A stretch of DNA of 64,000 nucleotides from Nitrospirota bacterium. Its GTDB lineage: Bacteria; Nitrospirota; Thermodesulfovibrionia; Thermodesulfovibrionales; JdFR-86. This document shows, piece after piece, positions 49,681 through 58,693 of the stretch (the first letter of the stretch is position 1; every line of letters starts with the position of its first letter). Below the pieces are notes generated by a model, which did not search any database, was not told the origin of the DNA, and saw nothing but the letters and a program-made list of their open reading frames with translations. The stretch lies in assembly GCA_963721805.1 (NCBI GenBank), contig CAVRJY010000001.1:64001-128000 (forward strand). Direction: 5' to 3'. A program made the translations under genes and the position numbers.

Positions 49681-50433
49681 ATGGGAAAGATCATAGCCAT
49701 AGCAAACCAGAAGGGCGGCGTGGGCAAGACCACGACCGCGATAAACCTCGCGGCCTCCCTCGCGCTTGGCGGGCAGGAGATACTGATCGTCGATAGCGAC
49801 CCGCAGGGCAACGCATCGAGCGGGTTGGGCGTCATCGACGGCTCGCGCGGGCTCTATGACGTATACGCCCGGGGACTTACGATCGAAGATGCTATGGTCC
49901 GGACCGAGGTCGACGGCCTGTGGCTCGTGCCCTCGACCGTGGACCTGATCGCCTCGGAGCTGGAGCTCGTGGACCGCCCTGACAGGGAACTTATACTCAA
50001 AGACCGGCTGGCCGCTATCAGAGACAGGTTCCGGTTCATATTCATCGACTGCCCGCCGTCGCTCGGGCTCCTGACGCTGAACGCCCTGGTCGCGGCCGAC
50101 TCGCTGATGGTCCCGGTGCAGTGCGAATACTACGCGCTGGAGGGCCTGGGGCGGCTTACGCGCACTATATCGCTCGTCCGCGACTCTTACAACCCAGCGC
50201 TCGAACTCGAGGGCATCGTGCGCACGATGTACGACCCGCGCAATACGCTTTCGAGGCAGGTCGAGGAGGAGCTGAGAACACACTTCGGGGCGAAGCTCTA
50301 CAACACCGCTATACCGAGGAACGTGACGCTGGCCGAGGCCCCGAGCCACGGCAAGCCCGCGATCCTCTACGACGCCCGCGCCCGTGGGGCGCAGGCATAC
50401 CTGTCGCTTGCAAAGGAGATGCTTGGTGGCTAA
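49681..50433 (+). CDS. parA: Chromosome partitioning ATPase ParA/Soj
   Basis: ANQKGGVGKTTT, DPQGNAS, IDCPPSLG, QCEYYALEG and LAEAPSHG. Confidence 0.97.
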   Translation: MGKIIAIANQKGGVGKTTTAINLAASLALGGQEILIVDSDPQGNASSGLGVIDGSRGLYDVYARGLTIEDAMVRTEVDGLWLVPSTVDLIASELELVDRPDRELILKDRLAAIRDRFRFIFIDCPPSLGLLTLNALVAADSLMVPVQCEYYALEGLGRLTRTISLVRDSYNPALELEGIVRTMYDPRNTLSRQVEEELRTHFGAKLYNTAIPRNVTLAEAPSHGKPAILYDARARGAQAYLSLAKEMLGG

Positions 50434-51274
50434 GGCAGCGCTCGGACGGGGGCTTGACGCCCTGATCCCCGAAAAAAAGGGGCGCGAGATAGTAGAGATC
50501 GAGATCACTCGCATTGCGGCAGGCCGCGAGCAGCCCCGCAAGAGCTTCAACGACGAGCGGCTGAAGGACCTCTCGGAATCGATTCGGGAGCGCGGGGTGC
50601 TGCAGCCCGTGCTCGTCAGGCGCGAGCCTGACGGCTCGTTCAGCCTGATAGCGGGCGAGCGCCGGACGCGCGCCGCGATGATGGCCGGTCTCAAGAAGAT
50701 CCCGGCGATCATACGCGAGGACAACCCGGCCGACATACTGGAGATCGCGCTTATCGAGAACATCCAGCGCGAGGACCTGAACCCTATCGAGACCGCGTCC
50801 GCCTTCGACCGGCTTATCAAGGAGTTCGGGCTCACGCAGGAGGCCGCCGCATCGCGCGTCGGCAAGGAGCGCGCCACGGTGGCGAACTACCTCCGCCTGC
50901 TTTCTCTGCCCGAGGAGATCAAGGCGCTGGTGGCCGACGGCGCGCTCACGATGGGACACGCCCGCGCGATTTTAGCAATCGAGGGCAGGGCAAGCCAGAT
51001 CGAGGCTGCGCGCGTTATCATCAAAAAGGGCCTGAGCGTCCGCGAGGCCGAGCGCATGGCAAAGAATCCTCCGGTGGCCGGGGCGGCCCCCCGGGCGAAG
51101 AAGGCCGCGCCCACCGACCCGCACGCGGCCGAGGTCGAGCAGAAGCTCATACGCGCCCTAGGCACGAAGGTCAGACTCAAGCACAATACCAGGACGAAGC
51201 GCGGGGCTATCGAGATAGAATATTACTCCTTGGAGGAACTCGACAGGCTCCTCGATATAATGCTCGGATTGTAG
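50426..51274 (+). CDS. parB: Chromosome partitioning protein ParB/Spo0J
   Basis: ALGRGLDALI, QPR, AGERR, IENIQREDLN and HTH; GTG start overlaps parA. Confidence 0.97.
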   Translation: MAKAALGRGLDALIPEKKGREIVEIEITRIAAGREQPRKSFNDERLKDLSESIRERGVLQPVLVRREPDGSFSLIAGERRTRAAMMAGLKKIPAIIREDNPADILEIALIENIQREDLNPIETASAFDRLIKEFGLTQEAAASRVGKERATVANYLRLLSLPEEIKALVADGALTMGHARAILAIEGRASQIEAARVIIKKGLSVREAERMAKNPPVAGAAPRAKKAAPTDPHAAEVEQKLIRALGTKVRLKHNTRTKRGAIEIEYYSLEELDRLLDIMLGL

Positions 51275-51285
51275 GAGGCGCAGCC

Positions 51286-51420
51286 ATGGGTTCAGAGAAA
51301 AAATCGCTTGAAGTGAAAAAGGAAAACACCCCGGCGGTGCGGCCCTCTGGCACCCCCGCGGTGAAAAAGGATAACAAGCCGGCAGTGAAAAAAGACCACA
51401 AGGTCATGGTTAAAAAGTAG
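51286..51420 (+). CDS. 44-aa Lys-rich small protein (PAVKK repeats)
   Basis: MGSEKKSLEVKKENTPAVRPSGTPAVKKDNKPAVKKDHKVMVKK; SD AGGAGG 7 nt upstream; fills the gap between parB and the FmdE gene. Confidence 0.6.
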   Translation: MGSEKKSLEVKKENTPAVRPSGTPAVKKDNKPAVKKDHKVMVKK

Positions 51421-51428
51421 CCGCGATA

Positions 51429-52019
51429 ATGGATTCGTTCGAGGCATTGCTCGAGGAGTCCGTGGCGGCTCACGGCCACCTCTGTCCGGGGCAGATACTG
51501 GGCGTGCGGATGTCGATGCTGGGCCTCATCCGCATTGGCATAACCGACCCGCGCGGGGCACAGCGCAAAGACCTCATCGTTTATATCGAGACCGACCGCT
51601 GCGCGGCCGACGCTGTGCAGTCCGTGACCGGATGCCGCCTCGGCAAGCGCACATTGAAGTTCATGGACTACGGCAAGATGGCCGCGACGTTCGTCAACCT
51701 GAATACCGGCAAGGCCGTGCGCGTCCTCTGCCGCGAGGACGCCCGCGAGAAGGCCAAAGAGCTGTTTCCCTCCATGGAAGATAAATATAAAGCCCAGGCC
51801 GAGGCCTACAAGGTCATGCCCGACTCGGAGCTATTCGATATCATGCCGGTGCGCGTTAAGCTCCGCGACTGCGACATGCCCGGCCGTCCGCTGAGCCGCG
51901 TGGTATGCATTAAATGCGGCGAGCACGTGCAGGACTCGCGCGAGGTGCGCGGCGCGTATGGCGAGGCGCTATGCCGCGTGTGCGCGGGCGATGCGTATTA
52001 CGAGGTGCAGGATGTGTGA
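51429..52019 (+). CDS. FmdE-family protein with C-terminal zinc finger
   Basis: HGHLCPG, ETDRCAADAVQ, GCRLGKRTL and CIKCGE..CRVC. Confidence 0.88.
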   Translation: MDSFEALLEESVAAHGHLCPGQILGVRMSMLGLIRIGITDPRGAQRKDLIVYIETDRCAADAVQSVTGCRLGKRTLKFMDYGKMAATFVNLNTGKAVRVLCREDAREKAKELFPSMEDKYKAQAEAYKVMPDSELFDIMPVRVKLRDCDMPGRPLSRVVCIKCGEHVQDSREVRGAYGEALCRVCAGDAYYEVQDV

Positions 52020-53052
52020 TACAGATAAGGGCGTCCAGCGCACCGTCGCTGTGGGCGATGCGGTCGGGATGGTGCTCGGCCATGACATCACCGAGATCGT
52101 ACCCGGCGGGCGCAAGGGCCCGGCGTTCAAGAAGGGCCACGTTATTGCCGAGTCGGACGTCGAGAAGCTCAAGAGCCTCGGTAAGGAACGGATATACGTC
52201 CTCTCTATCCCGCCTGAGATGATGCACGAGGACGAGGCCGCCGCCGCGCTCGCGGCCGCGCTTTGCGGCGAGGGCGTAAGGCTCAGCGGCGAGCCCTCCG
52301 AGGGCAAGATTAACCTGATCGCGGCCCGCGACGGGCTATTGAAGGTGAATGTTCAGGCCCTTTATGAGTTCAACATGCAGGGCGAGGTGATGTGTGCCAC
52401 GCTCCATACTAATACCATAGTCAAAGAGGGCCGCACGGTCGCCGGGACGAGGGCGATCCCGCTCGTCGTCGAGCGCGCGCTCGTCGGACGCGCCGTGGCC
52501 GCGGCACAGGGCGGCGTGGTAAGCGTCATCCCGATACGCTCGCCGAAGGCCGGGCTCGTTGTAACCGGCACCGAGGTCTTCGAGGGCCGGATCAAGGACG
52601 CCTTCGCCCCGGTTATCACCCAGAAGGTAGCTGAGTTTCAGGGCTCGATGGTCGGGATCAGGTTCGCGCCCGACGACGCCGAGAGGATAGCCGCCGAGAT
52701 AAGGGGCCTTATAGCTGCCGGGGCGGACCTGATAATCACGACCGGCGGGATGTCCGTGGACCCGGACGACGTGACGCGCCATGCCGTGAGGCTCGCCGGG
52801 GCGACCGATATGACATATGGCTCGCCGGTGCTGCCGGGCGCGATGCTGCTCGTGGCATACATAGGCGAGATACCCGTGATCGGCATACCGGCCTGCGGGA
52901 TGTACAGCAAGCGGACGGTGCTGGACCTCGTCCTGCCCCGCGTACTTTCAGGCGAACATATCACTCGCGCCGAGATAGCGGCCATGGGACATGGCGGTTT
53001 ATGCCTCCATTGCACCGACTGTAAGTACCCTATTTGCCCATTCGGGAAGTAA
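52012..53052 (+). CDS. Molybdopterin-binding (MoeA/CinA-like) protein
   Basis: LGHDITEI, TGTEV, TGGMSVDPDDVT, PVLPG and GGLCLHC..C.YPICPFGK. Confidence 0.85.
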   Translation: MCDTDKGVQRTVAVGDAVGMVLGHDITEIVPGGRKGPAFKKGHVIAESDVEKLKSLGKERIYVLSIPPEMMHEDEAAAALAAALCGEGVRLSGEPSEGKINLIAARDGLLKVNVQALYEFNMQGEVMCATLHTNTIVKEGRTVAGTRAIPLVVERALVGRAVAAAQGGVVSVIPIRSPKAGLVVTGTEVFEGRIKDAFAPVITQKVAEFQGSMVGIRFAPDDAERIAAEIRGLIAAGADLIITTGGMSVDPDDVTRHAVRLAGATDMTYGSPVLPGAMLLVAYIGEIPVIGIPACGMYSKRTVLDLVLPRVLSGEHITRAEIAAMGHGGLCLHCTDCKYPICPFGK

Positions 53053-53060
53053 CCTCTTTC

Positions 53061-53250
53061 AAAGCGCTCCAAATCGCTTGATACGTCGTCACCATTTGAA
53101 AATCGCCCTCCAGAGTACATCTCAGTACACTTGCGGGCTATTTTCAAACGATTCCTAGTCTGAAGACGATTTGGGCGCGCTTTCGGGGGTGGGGAAAAAG
53201 GATGGGGCCAGTCGGCCCGCCCCCCGCGCCCCCAAGGTCAACGGCTTAAT
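53061..53250 (-). repeat. Long-hairpin element, copy 7 (core 53061-53183)
   Basis: Consensus termini with a variant inner stem TTTGAAAAT/ATTTTCAAA; GGTCAA leader near 53236. Confidence 0.9.
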
Positions 53251-53432
53251 TAGAAATGAGCGCTAAGGCGCGAATAGTGAGAGGGGTCCGCGACCCCGCG
53301 AATATGAGCCTGGGGGCGCTGCCCCCCTGCCCGTGGCATCCCGCTTAATGAATATTTTACTAATAGTGTAAACTATTGCCCTATTCAGCCATATGGAGTG
53401 CTCGCAAAAATATTGACTCACTGGGGGAACGG

Positions 53433-54266
53433 ATGGGACAGGGAATTCGCAGGCCGGGGATCATAACCGCCATAATCTTATTGATTTCGGTATTTTGTTT
53501 ATATGCGCCCGCCTTTGCCGAGTCCGAGCCGTCTATCTACATAGCGGACGTGGACGTCTCAGCTAAGACCATCGCCATCTACGGCACTCACTTCGCACCG
53601 AACGGCTCAAATCACCCCGCCTTTCCCAAGGCGTTCCTCGGCGGCGAGCAGCTTACTATTGATTCGTATGATGACGGCCTGATAAACGCCACGCTGCCCG
53701 ATGACATCACGGACGGGAGCTATCTGCTTGAGGTCCTAAGGACAAGGGACAAGCATGGCACGTTTATGGTGACCATCGGCGCGACCGGACTGCAGGGGCC
53801 AAAGGGCGACAAGGGCGACACGGGGGATACAGGGGCTAAGGGCGACAAGGGTGATAAGGGTGACACCGGAGCTACCGGCGCAACAGGCGCAACAGGCGCA
53901 ACAGGCGCGACAGGTGCCACCGGGACTAACGCAACGTCCATAACCGTGGGCCGCTTTGTGACCGCTACCAGTGGGAATGTTACCTGGGGAATGACGAGCG
54001 CGGATGCAACGTGCACTTGTCCGTCGGGCTACACATTGTACGGGCAGACAATAAATAATTGGTATGCTGACGATGGCGTGAGCGTAACATCCACAACTGT
54101 ATCCATAGGCAGTTACTTATGGTATACGTCGGGTGCACAGCATGCCGCGGTGCCAAATACCGCGACGTGCACTATCCAACGTGGCGCGGACGTGGCTTTC
54201 TCTGGCGTTGCCAATATCGAGTGCATGTGCTTCTGCATGGGAGGCCCAACAATTGAGTATCAATAG
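53433..54266 (+). CDS. Secreted protein: IPT-like N-domain, collagen G-X-Y repeats and Cys-containing C-domain
   Basis: Signal peptide (PAFA/E); [16 protein letters not shown]..(GAT)n; paralogous to the next gene. Confidence 0.8.
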   Translation: MGQGIRRPGIITAIILLISVFCLYAPAFAESEPSIYIADVDVSAKTIAIYGTHFAPNGSNHPAFPKAFLGGEQLTIDSYDDGLINATLPDDITDGSYLLEVLRTRDKHGTFMVTIGATGLQGPKGDKGDTGDTGAKGDKGDKGDTGATGATGATGATGATGATGTNATSITVGRFVTATSGNVTWGMTSADATCTCPSGYTLYGQTINNWYADDGVSVTSTTVSIGSYLWYTSGAQHAAVPNTATCTIQRGADVAFSGVANIECMCFCMGGPTIEYQ

Positions 54267-54318
54267 CCTGGACTGCCCCATCTGATCAGCCAAAGCTTAA
54301 CACGCAACCCAGCATAGA

Positions 54319-54344
54319 GGGGGGCCGATTGGCCCCCTTTTTTT
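54319..54344 (+). terminator. Intrinsic terminator (mini-hairpin family)
   Basis: GGGGGCC-GATT-GGCCCCC followed by T7. Confidence 0.7.
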
Positions 54345-54527
54345 GCCAGCGAATAACCCCGCGAAGAAGTGAGCGAAGCGAATAGATGAGCGCGTAGCGC
54401 GAACATTTGCCGGGGGGCGCTGCCCCCGGCACCCCCTAGCCGGACGGGTTAAAAAGGTGTAAGCTTCGACTATACGGAAGGTCGAGACTCATCTAACCAA
54501 CAAATTCCGACTGAAAAGGGGGAACAG

Positions 54528-55154
54528 ATGGGACATGGTATTCGCAAAACGGGGATCATAACCGCGGCCTTAGTATTGTTCTCGGTGTTCTGCTTTTGCA
54601 TGCCCGCCTTTGCCGAGAAGGCCCCTGCGATAGCCGTTGTGGCTGTAGATTTAACCAACCACAGCATGCTCATCAACGGCGCGCGGTTCGAGCCGGGTTC
54701 AGATCACATTGCTTTCCCCAAGGTCTTTCTCGGTGGCGAGAAGCTGACTATTGTCTCACATTCAGACGGCCTGATAAACGCCACGCTGCCTGACGACATC
54801 ACTAATGGGAGCTATCTGCTTAAGGTCTTCAGGACTTCGGACAAGTCTGCCGCCTTCGAGGTGACTATCGGCACCGCAAGCTTCGGCACCGACACGAACC
54901 AAGCGGCCACCGGTGCCGGGGCAGAGTGTACGGTGGGTGAGATCCTGCTGACTGCCGGCGCTGTGGCAAACGGGATGCCGGCCAGCGGGCAGATCCTTCT
55001 TATCAATGATTACGATGTCCTCTTTTCCCTGTTGGGCACAACATACGGCGGAGATGGCGATACCACATTCGCCCTGCCCGACATGCGGGCTATAGCGCCC
55101 AATCACATGACGTACTCGATTTGCATTTTTGGGGTCTATCCCAGTCAGAATTGA
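54528..55154 (+). CDS. Secreted protein: same IPT-like N-domain plus phage tail-collar domain
   Basis: N-terminal ~115 aa homologous to the 53433 gene; VGEI..GQIL.I..LFSLLGTTYGGDG.TTFALPDMR tail-collar motif. Confidence 0.82.
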   Translation: MGHGIRKTGIITAALVLFSVFCFCMPAFAEKAPAIAVVAVDLTNHSMLINGARFEPGSDHIAFPKVFLGGEKLTIVSHSDGLINATLPDDITNGSYLLKVFRTSDKSAAFEVTIGTASFGTDTNQAATGAGAECTVGEILLTAGAVANGMPASGQILLINDYDVLFSLLGTTYGGDGDTTFALPDMRAIAPNHMTYSICIFGVYPSQN

Positions 55155-55201
55155 ACCAGTGGCGCCATGGGCCTCTTTTCTAGTGAAAGGTGCCTGTGGC
55201 G

Positions 55202-55894
55202 CTATTTTAACAGCGGAGTTTCCTTTTCGAAGACATGCTTGAAGATCTCAAACAGCTCCTTGCCTTCCTGAGTATTTAAGTACAAGGCAGTCGAGATGCT
55301 GATCAGGCTCGATAGCGCGACCCCGCGCCAATCGAACCGGTTGAGCCTCTCGGCCGCATCTGACAGGTATGACAGCCTCTCGTCGATTACCGACAGCGCA
55401 TCCGCCGAGGGCCCGAATCTCTCTGCGACTAGCGACCGGAACTCTTCCATGGAGAGTTTCATCTGCTGCTTTTCCGCGGCCGAGAACTGCCGGGGCTCTG
55501 GATCGCCGATCAACAGATGGCCCGCTGGCTGAAGGCTGCCGCCGATCTGGCTCCAGAGGTCGGGCTCCGATAAATCGCTTATGTATGGCAGCGCGTAATC
55601 CGTAAGCCATTTCCTGAAATAACCGTAGATGATCTTGATCGGCCTGGTACCTTGAGTATAGCTCGATTCGGTCTCGGGGTTACGCGCGGATGGCGACCGG
55701 TTGAACCTGCAGTCGAAGCCATCGGGATTGTCAGGCAGGTTCCTCGTCTCGAAGGTAAGCTCAGTGCCCGCGACCCTGATGATGAACACGCTGTCGAGGT
55801 TCGCGTGCTGCACTTCCTCCCCGATGAAGACACTGGGATCGAGGCCATATTCTTTAATTATATCGATGAAGCCGTTTTTGTATTTCTTGAGCAT
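55202..55894 (-). CDS. Hypothetical protein
   Basis: 230-aa ORF with SD GAAGG; no recognisable motif. Confidence 0.65.
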   Translation of the reverse strand: MLKKYKNGFIDIIKEYGLDPSVFIGEEVQHANLDSVFIIRVAGTELTFETRNLPDNPDGFDCRFNRSPSARNPETESSYTQGTRPIKIIYGYFRKWLTDYALPYISDLSEPDLWSQIGGSLQPAGHLLIGDPEPRQFSAAEKQQMKLSMEEFRSLVAERFGPSADALSVIDERLSYLSDAAERLNRFDWRGVALSSLISISTALYLNTQEGKELFEIFKHVFEKETPLLK

Positions 55895-55996
55895 AATCAG
55901 CCTTCATCTTGTCCATATGGCTGCTTTATCTCATAGATGCGCCCCATGGCCTAAATATATCACATAATATAGGGGACCGCTCCCCCGCTTACATTA

Positions 55997-56200
55997 ATCA
56001 ATGCCTTTGACCACGGGGGTGCGGGGGGCTGTCAGTTGTCGTGCCCCCCGAAAGCGCGCCCAAATCGTCTTCAGACAAGGGGGCCGGTTGGCCCCTGTCT
56101 TTTAGGAGAAGTGCCCGTGGCACCCCGATGGTGTACTGTGACGTACATAGAGGGCGAGTCTTTGATGCCCAACGACGTATCAAGCGATTTGGCGCGCTTT
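55997..56200 (+). repeat. Long-hairpin element, copy 8 (core 56051-56200 with the same internal cassette as copy 4)
   Basis: ATGCCTTTGACC leader; GGGGCCGGTTGGCCCC..GTGCCCGTGGCAC replaces the 5' inner stem. Confidence 0.92.
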
Positions 56201-56221
56201 AAAAAGAGGGGCTGATTGCTG

Positions 56222-57388
56222 TTATGGTTGTGAAGGCAGCTCAATCGTAAACGTCGTCCCCTCCTGGGGGTTGGACGTGAAGTAAACCTTCCCGCCAAGC
56301 AGCTTCTCGCCGATGTACTTCATCGAGTGCGTGCCTATGCCCCTGCCGCCGCCGGGCTTGGTCGAGTAGAACCTCTGGAACATGCGCTGCGCCACCGGAG
56401 GCGGGATCAGGGCTCGGTTCCAGACGCTGATCCTGAGCGTCCCGTCCGCCTCCCGGCCAGCCCGGAGCCTGACGGTATCGTCGTCCTCCGAGGCCTCCAG
56501 TGCGTTTAGGAGCATGTTCATCAGGACGCGGTAGAGGAGGTTCGGGTCGGTCCTCAGGCTGATCGAATCAAACGGCCCCTCGGCGAGCAGTTCGATGCCG
56601 CGCCGCCCGGCCTTGACCGCGAAGTAATCCTGCATGTCCGCAAACACGCTGCGGAGCTCGACGGCGCGGACCTCCAGCAGCGGGCTGCCGGAGCCGCCCG
56701 TGCCGGACAGGACGCGCTGGACCTTCATGTCCTTGACGAGCTGCGTGGAGAGGAGGTTGATCATCTCCAGCAGCCGCTCGCGCTTCTCCTCGTCCGAGGC
56801 CCTCTTGATCATCTTGTAAGAGGAGATGATCCCGGTCAGGGTGTTTAAGGCGTCGTGGTAGAAGATCGACTCGACCATGGTCTTGTTCTCGGCGTCGGTG
56901 ATGTCGCTGATGTACAGGAGGGTGAACTCGTAGCCCTCGATCCGAAGCGGGCAGGCGCGGACGTTCAATATGATGTCTGAGGTCGCGCCTCCCCCGTCCG
57001 ATGCGCTAATGCGTATCGGGCATTTGTGCTCGACCGCGGCGCCCGAGTCCTGGCTCTCGGCTATCGCGTTGGCCGCCCCGCAGGTCGCGCAGTAGCTGCT
57101 CGTGCCGCAGCCCCCGGCGCAGACCGAGGCGTATACGCAGTGCACGGCCTCGCCGGGCCTGATCCCCAGCAGCTCCGAGGGCTCGGCGATGCCTACGTAT
57201 CTCTGGAACTCGCGGCTGTAGGCCACGATCTGGCGCTGGTGGTTTAACACCGCGACCGGCGCGCCCAGCAGCTCGAGCAGCTCGTGGACGAGAGCGCTTT
57301 GGAGCGCGAGCGCGATCTGGCGCTCCACCTCATCCGGAGCGGCGAGTTCGGCGGGGAGGAATTCAGTATGCAAGGAGGCGTCGGGCAT
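56222..57388 (-). CDS. Sensor histidine kinase with Cys-rich PAS-like domain
   Basis: RPGEAVHC..GCGTSSYCATC, FYHDALN, NMLLNALEAS and FQRFYSTK..GRGIGT. Confidence 0.88.
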   Translation of the reverse strand: MPDASLHTEFLPAELAAPDEVERQIALALQSALVHELLELLGAPVAVLNHQRQIVAYSREFQRYVGIAEPSELLGIRPGEAVHCVYASVCAGGCGTSSYCATCGAANAIAESQDSGAAVEHKCPIRISASDGGGATSDIILNVRACPLRIEGYEFTLLYISDITDAENKTMVESIFYHDALNTLTGIISSYKMIKRASDEEKRERLLEMINLLSTQLVKDMKVQRVLSGTGGSGSPLLEVRAVELRSVFADMQDYFAVKAGRRGIELLAEGPFDSISLRTDPNLLYRVLMNMLLNALEASEDDDTVRLRAGREADGTLRISVWNRALIPPPVAQRMFQRFYSTKPGGGRGIGTHSMKYIGEKLLGGKVYFTSNPQEGTTFTIELPSQP

Positions 57389-57419
57389 GATTAATTTTAA
57401 CAGAATCCGCGGCGCGTTT

Positions 57420-58583
57420 TTAATGTTTCGTGAAAAACGGCGACATGGCCTGGAGCCTCTGCACCGCGGGCACGAGCAGCCCGAGGCAGTAGTCGACCTC
57501 CTCCTCGGTGTTGCCGGGGCCGAGGCTGAACCGCACCGCGCCACGCGAGCATACCGCGGGGAGCCCCATCGCGGTGAGCACGCGTGAGGGCTCGCTCGAG
57601 CCGGACGAGCAGGCCGAGCCGGAAGATACCGCTATGCCGAACATATCGAGGACAGTGAGCAGGGCCTCGGCCTCGATGAAGTTGAAGCTGATGTTGCAGG
57701 TGTTATATGCGCGCCGCGAGGGGTGGCCGTTGAGCTGCACCTCTTTAAGCTGCCTGAGTATGCCGCGCTCGAGCCTCTCCCGGAGCGCGCCTATGCGTTC
57801 GGCCTTCTGTCCGATCTCGCGGGCCGCGACCTCGCAGGCCGTTCCGAGCCCTACGACTCCGGGGAGGTTTTCCGTGCCCGCCCTCTGGCCGCGCTCCTGC
57901 GAGCCGCCATAAAGCAGAGGCGGTAACTCAAGCCCATCGCGGATAAATTGAAACCCTATGCCCTTGGGGCCGCCGAACTTGTGGCCGGAGGCGCTCAGGA
58001 TGTCGACGCCGAGCGCATGGGCGTCTATGGGCAGCTTGCCCACTGCCTGCACCGCGTCGGTGTGCACGAGCACTCCCCGCTTGCGGCCCATAGCGGCTAT
58101 CTCGGCTATGGGCATGACGTTGCCGGTCTCGTTGTTTGCGTACATGATGCTTATAAGAGCGGTGTCCGGCCTGATAGAGCGCCGCACGTCCTCGGGGTCG
58201 ACCATGCCGCTTGAGTCCACGCCCACGACCGTCAGCTCGCAGAGCCCCTCGGCCTCCATCGTGCGCAGGGTCTTGTATACGGCCGGGTGCTCGACCGAGC
58301 AGGTGATTGCGTGGCGGGCTCCGGGGCGGGCCTTGAGCGCCCCGCGCAGCGCCATGTTGTCGGCCTCCGTGCCCCCGCTCGTAAATACGATCTCGCCGGG
58401 TGCGGCGCCTATCAGCGAGGCGCACCTGGCGCGGCCGGCCTCGAGCGCGGAGGCGGCCTCTCTTCCCGCCCAGTGCGAGGACGAGGGGTTGCCGAACAGC
58501 CCGCCCAGGGGCTGGAGCATCGCCTCGCGCACCTCCGGGTGCACAGGGGTCGTCGCGTTATAGTCGAAATAAATGCGCCTCAT
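57420..58583 (-). CDS. iscS: IscS/NifS-type cysteine desulfurase
   Basis: IYFDYNATTP, GNPSS, FTSGGTEADN, HTDAVQ, SGHKFGGPKG and SSGSACSS. Confidence 0.95.
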   Translation of the reverse strand: MRRIYFDYNATTPVHPEVREAMLQPLGGLFGNPSSSHWAGREAASALEAGRARCASLIGAAPGEIVFTSGGTEADNMALRGALKARPGARHAITCSVEHPAVYKTLRTMEAEGLCELTVVGVDSSGMVDPEDVRRSIRPDTALISIMYANNETGNVMPIAEIAAMGRKRGVLVHTDAVQAVGKLPIDAHALGVDILSASGHKFGGPKGIGFQFIRDGLELPPLLYGGSQERGQRAGTENLPGVVGLGTACEVAAREIGQKAERIGALRERLERGILRQLKEVQLNGHPSRRAYNTCNISFNFIEAEALLTVLDMFGIAVSSGSACSSGSSEPSRVLTAMGLPAVCSRGAVRFSLGPGNTEEEVDYCLGLLVPAVQRLQAMSPFFTKH

Positions 58584-58693
58584 ACCCATAAGATATTCCC
58601 CCGGCCCTTGAAAATGCAAGGCCCGCGGGCGCGGGATTTATTTTCAGCGCATGGTTATGTTATAAAGAAAGACTATCTTCGCAACTAAGGAGA

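Noticed and set aside
53155..53190. Hammerhead ribozyme core (CTGAAGA) in the repeat
   Set aside because: CUGANGA is present in only two copies (others read CTGAAGC or CTGAAGT), and there is no correctly placed GAAA or three-way junction.
53433..55154. Prophage remnant suggested by the tail-collar and collagen genes
   Set aside because: Both proteins carry Sec signal peptides, and no other phage genes or integrase are nearby.
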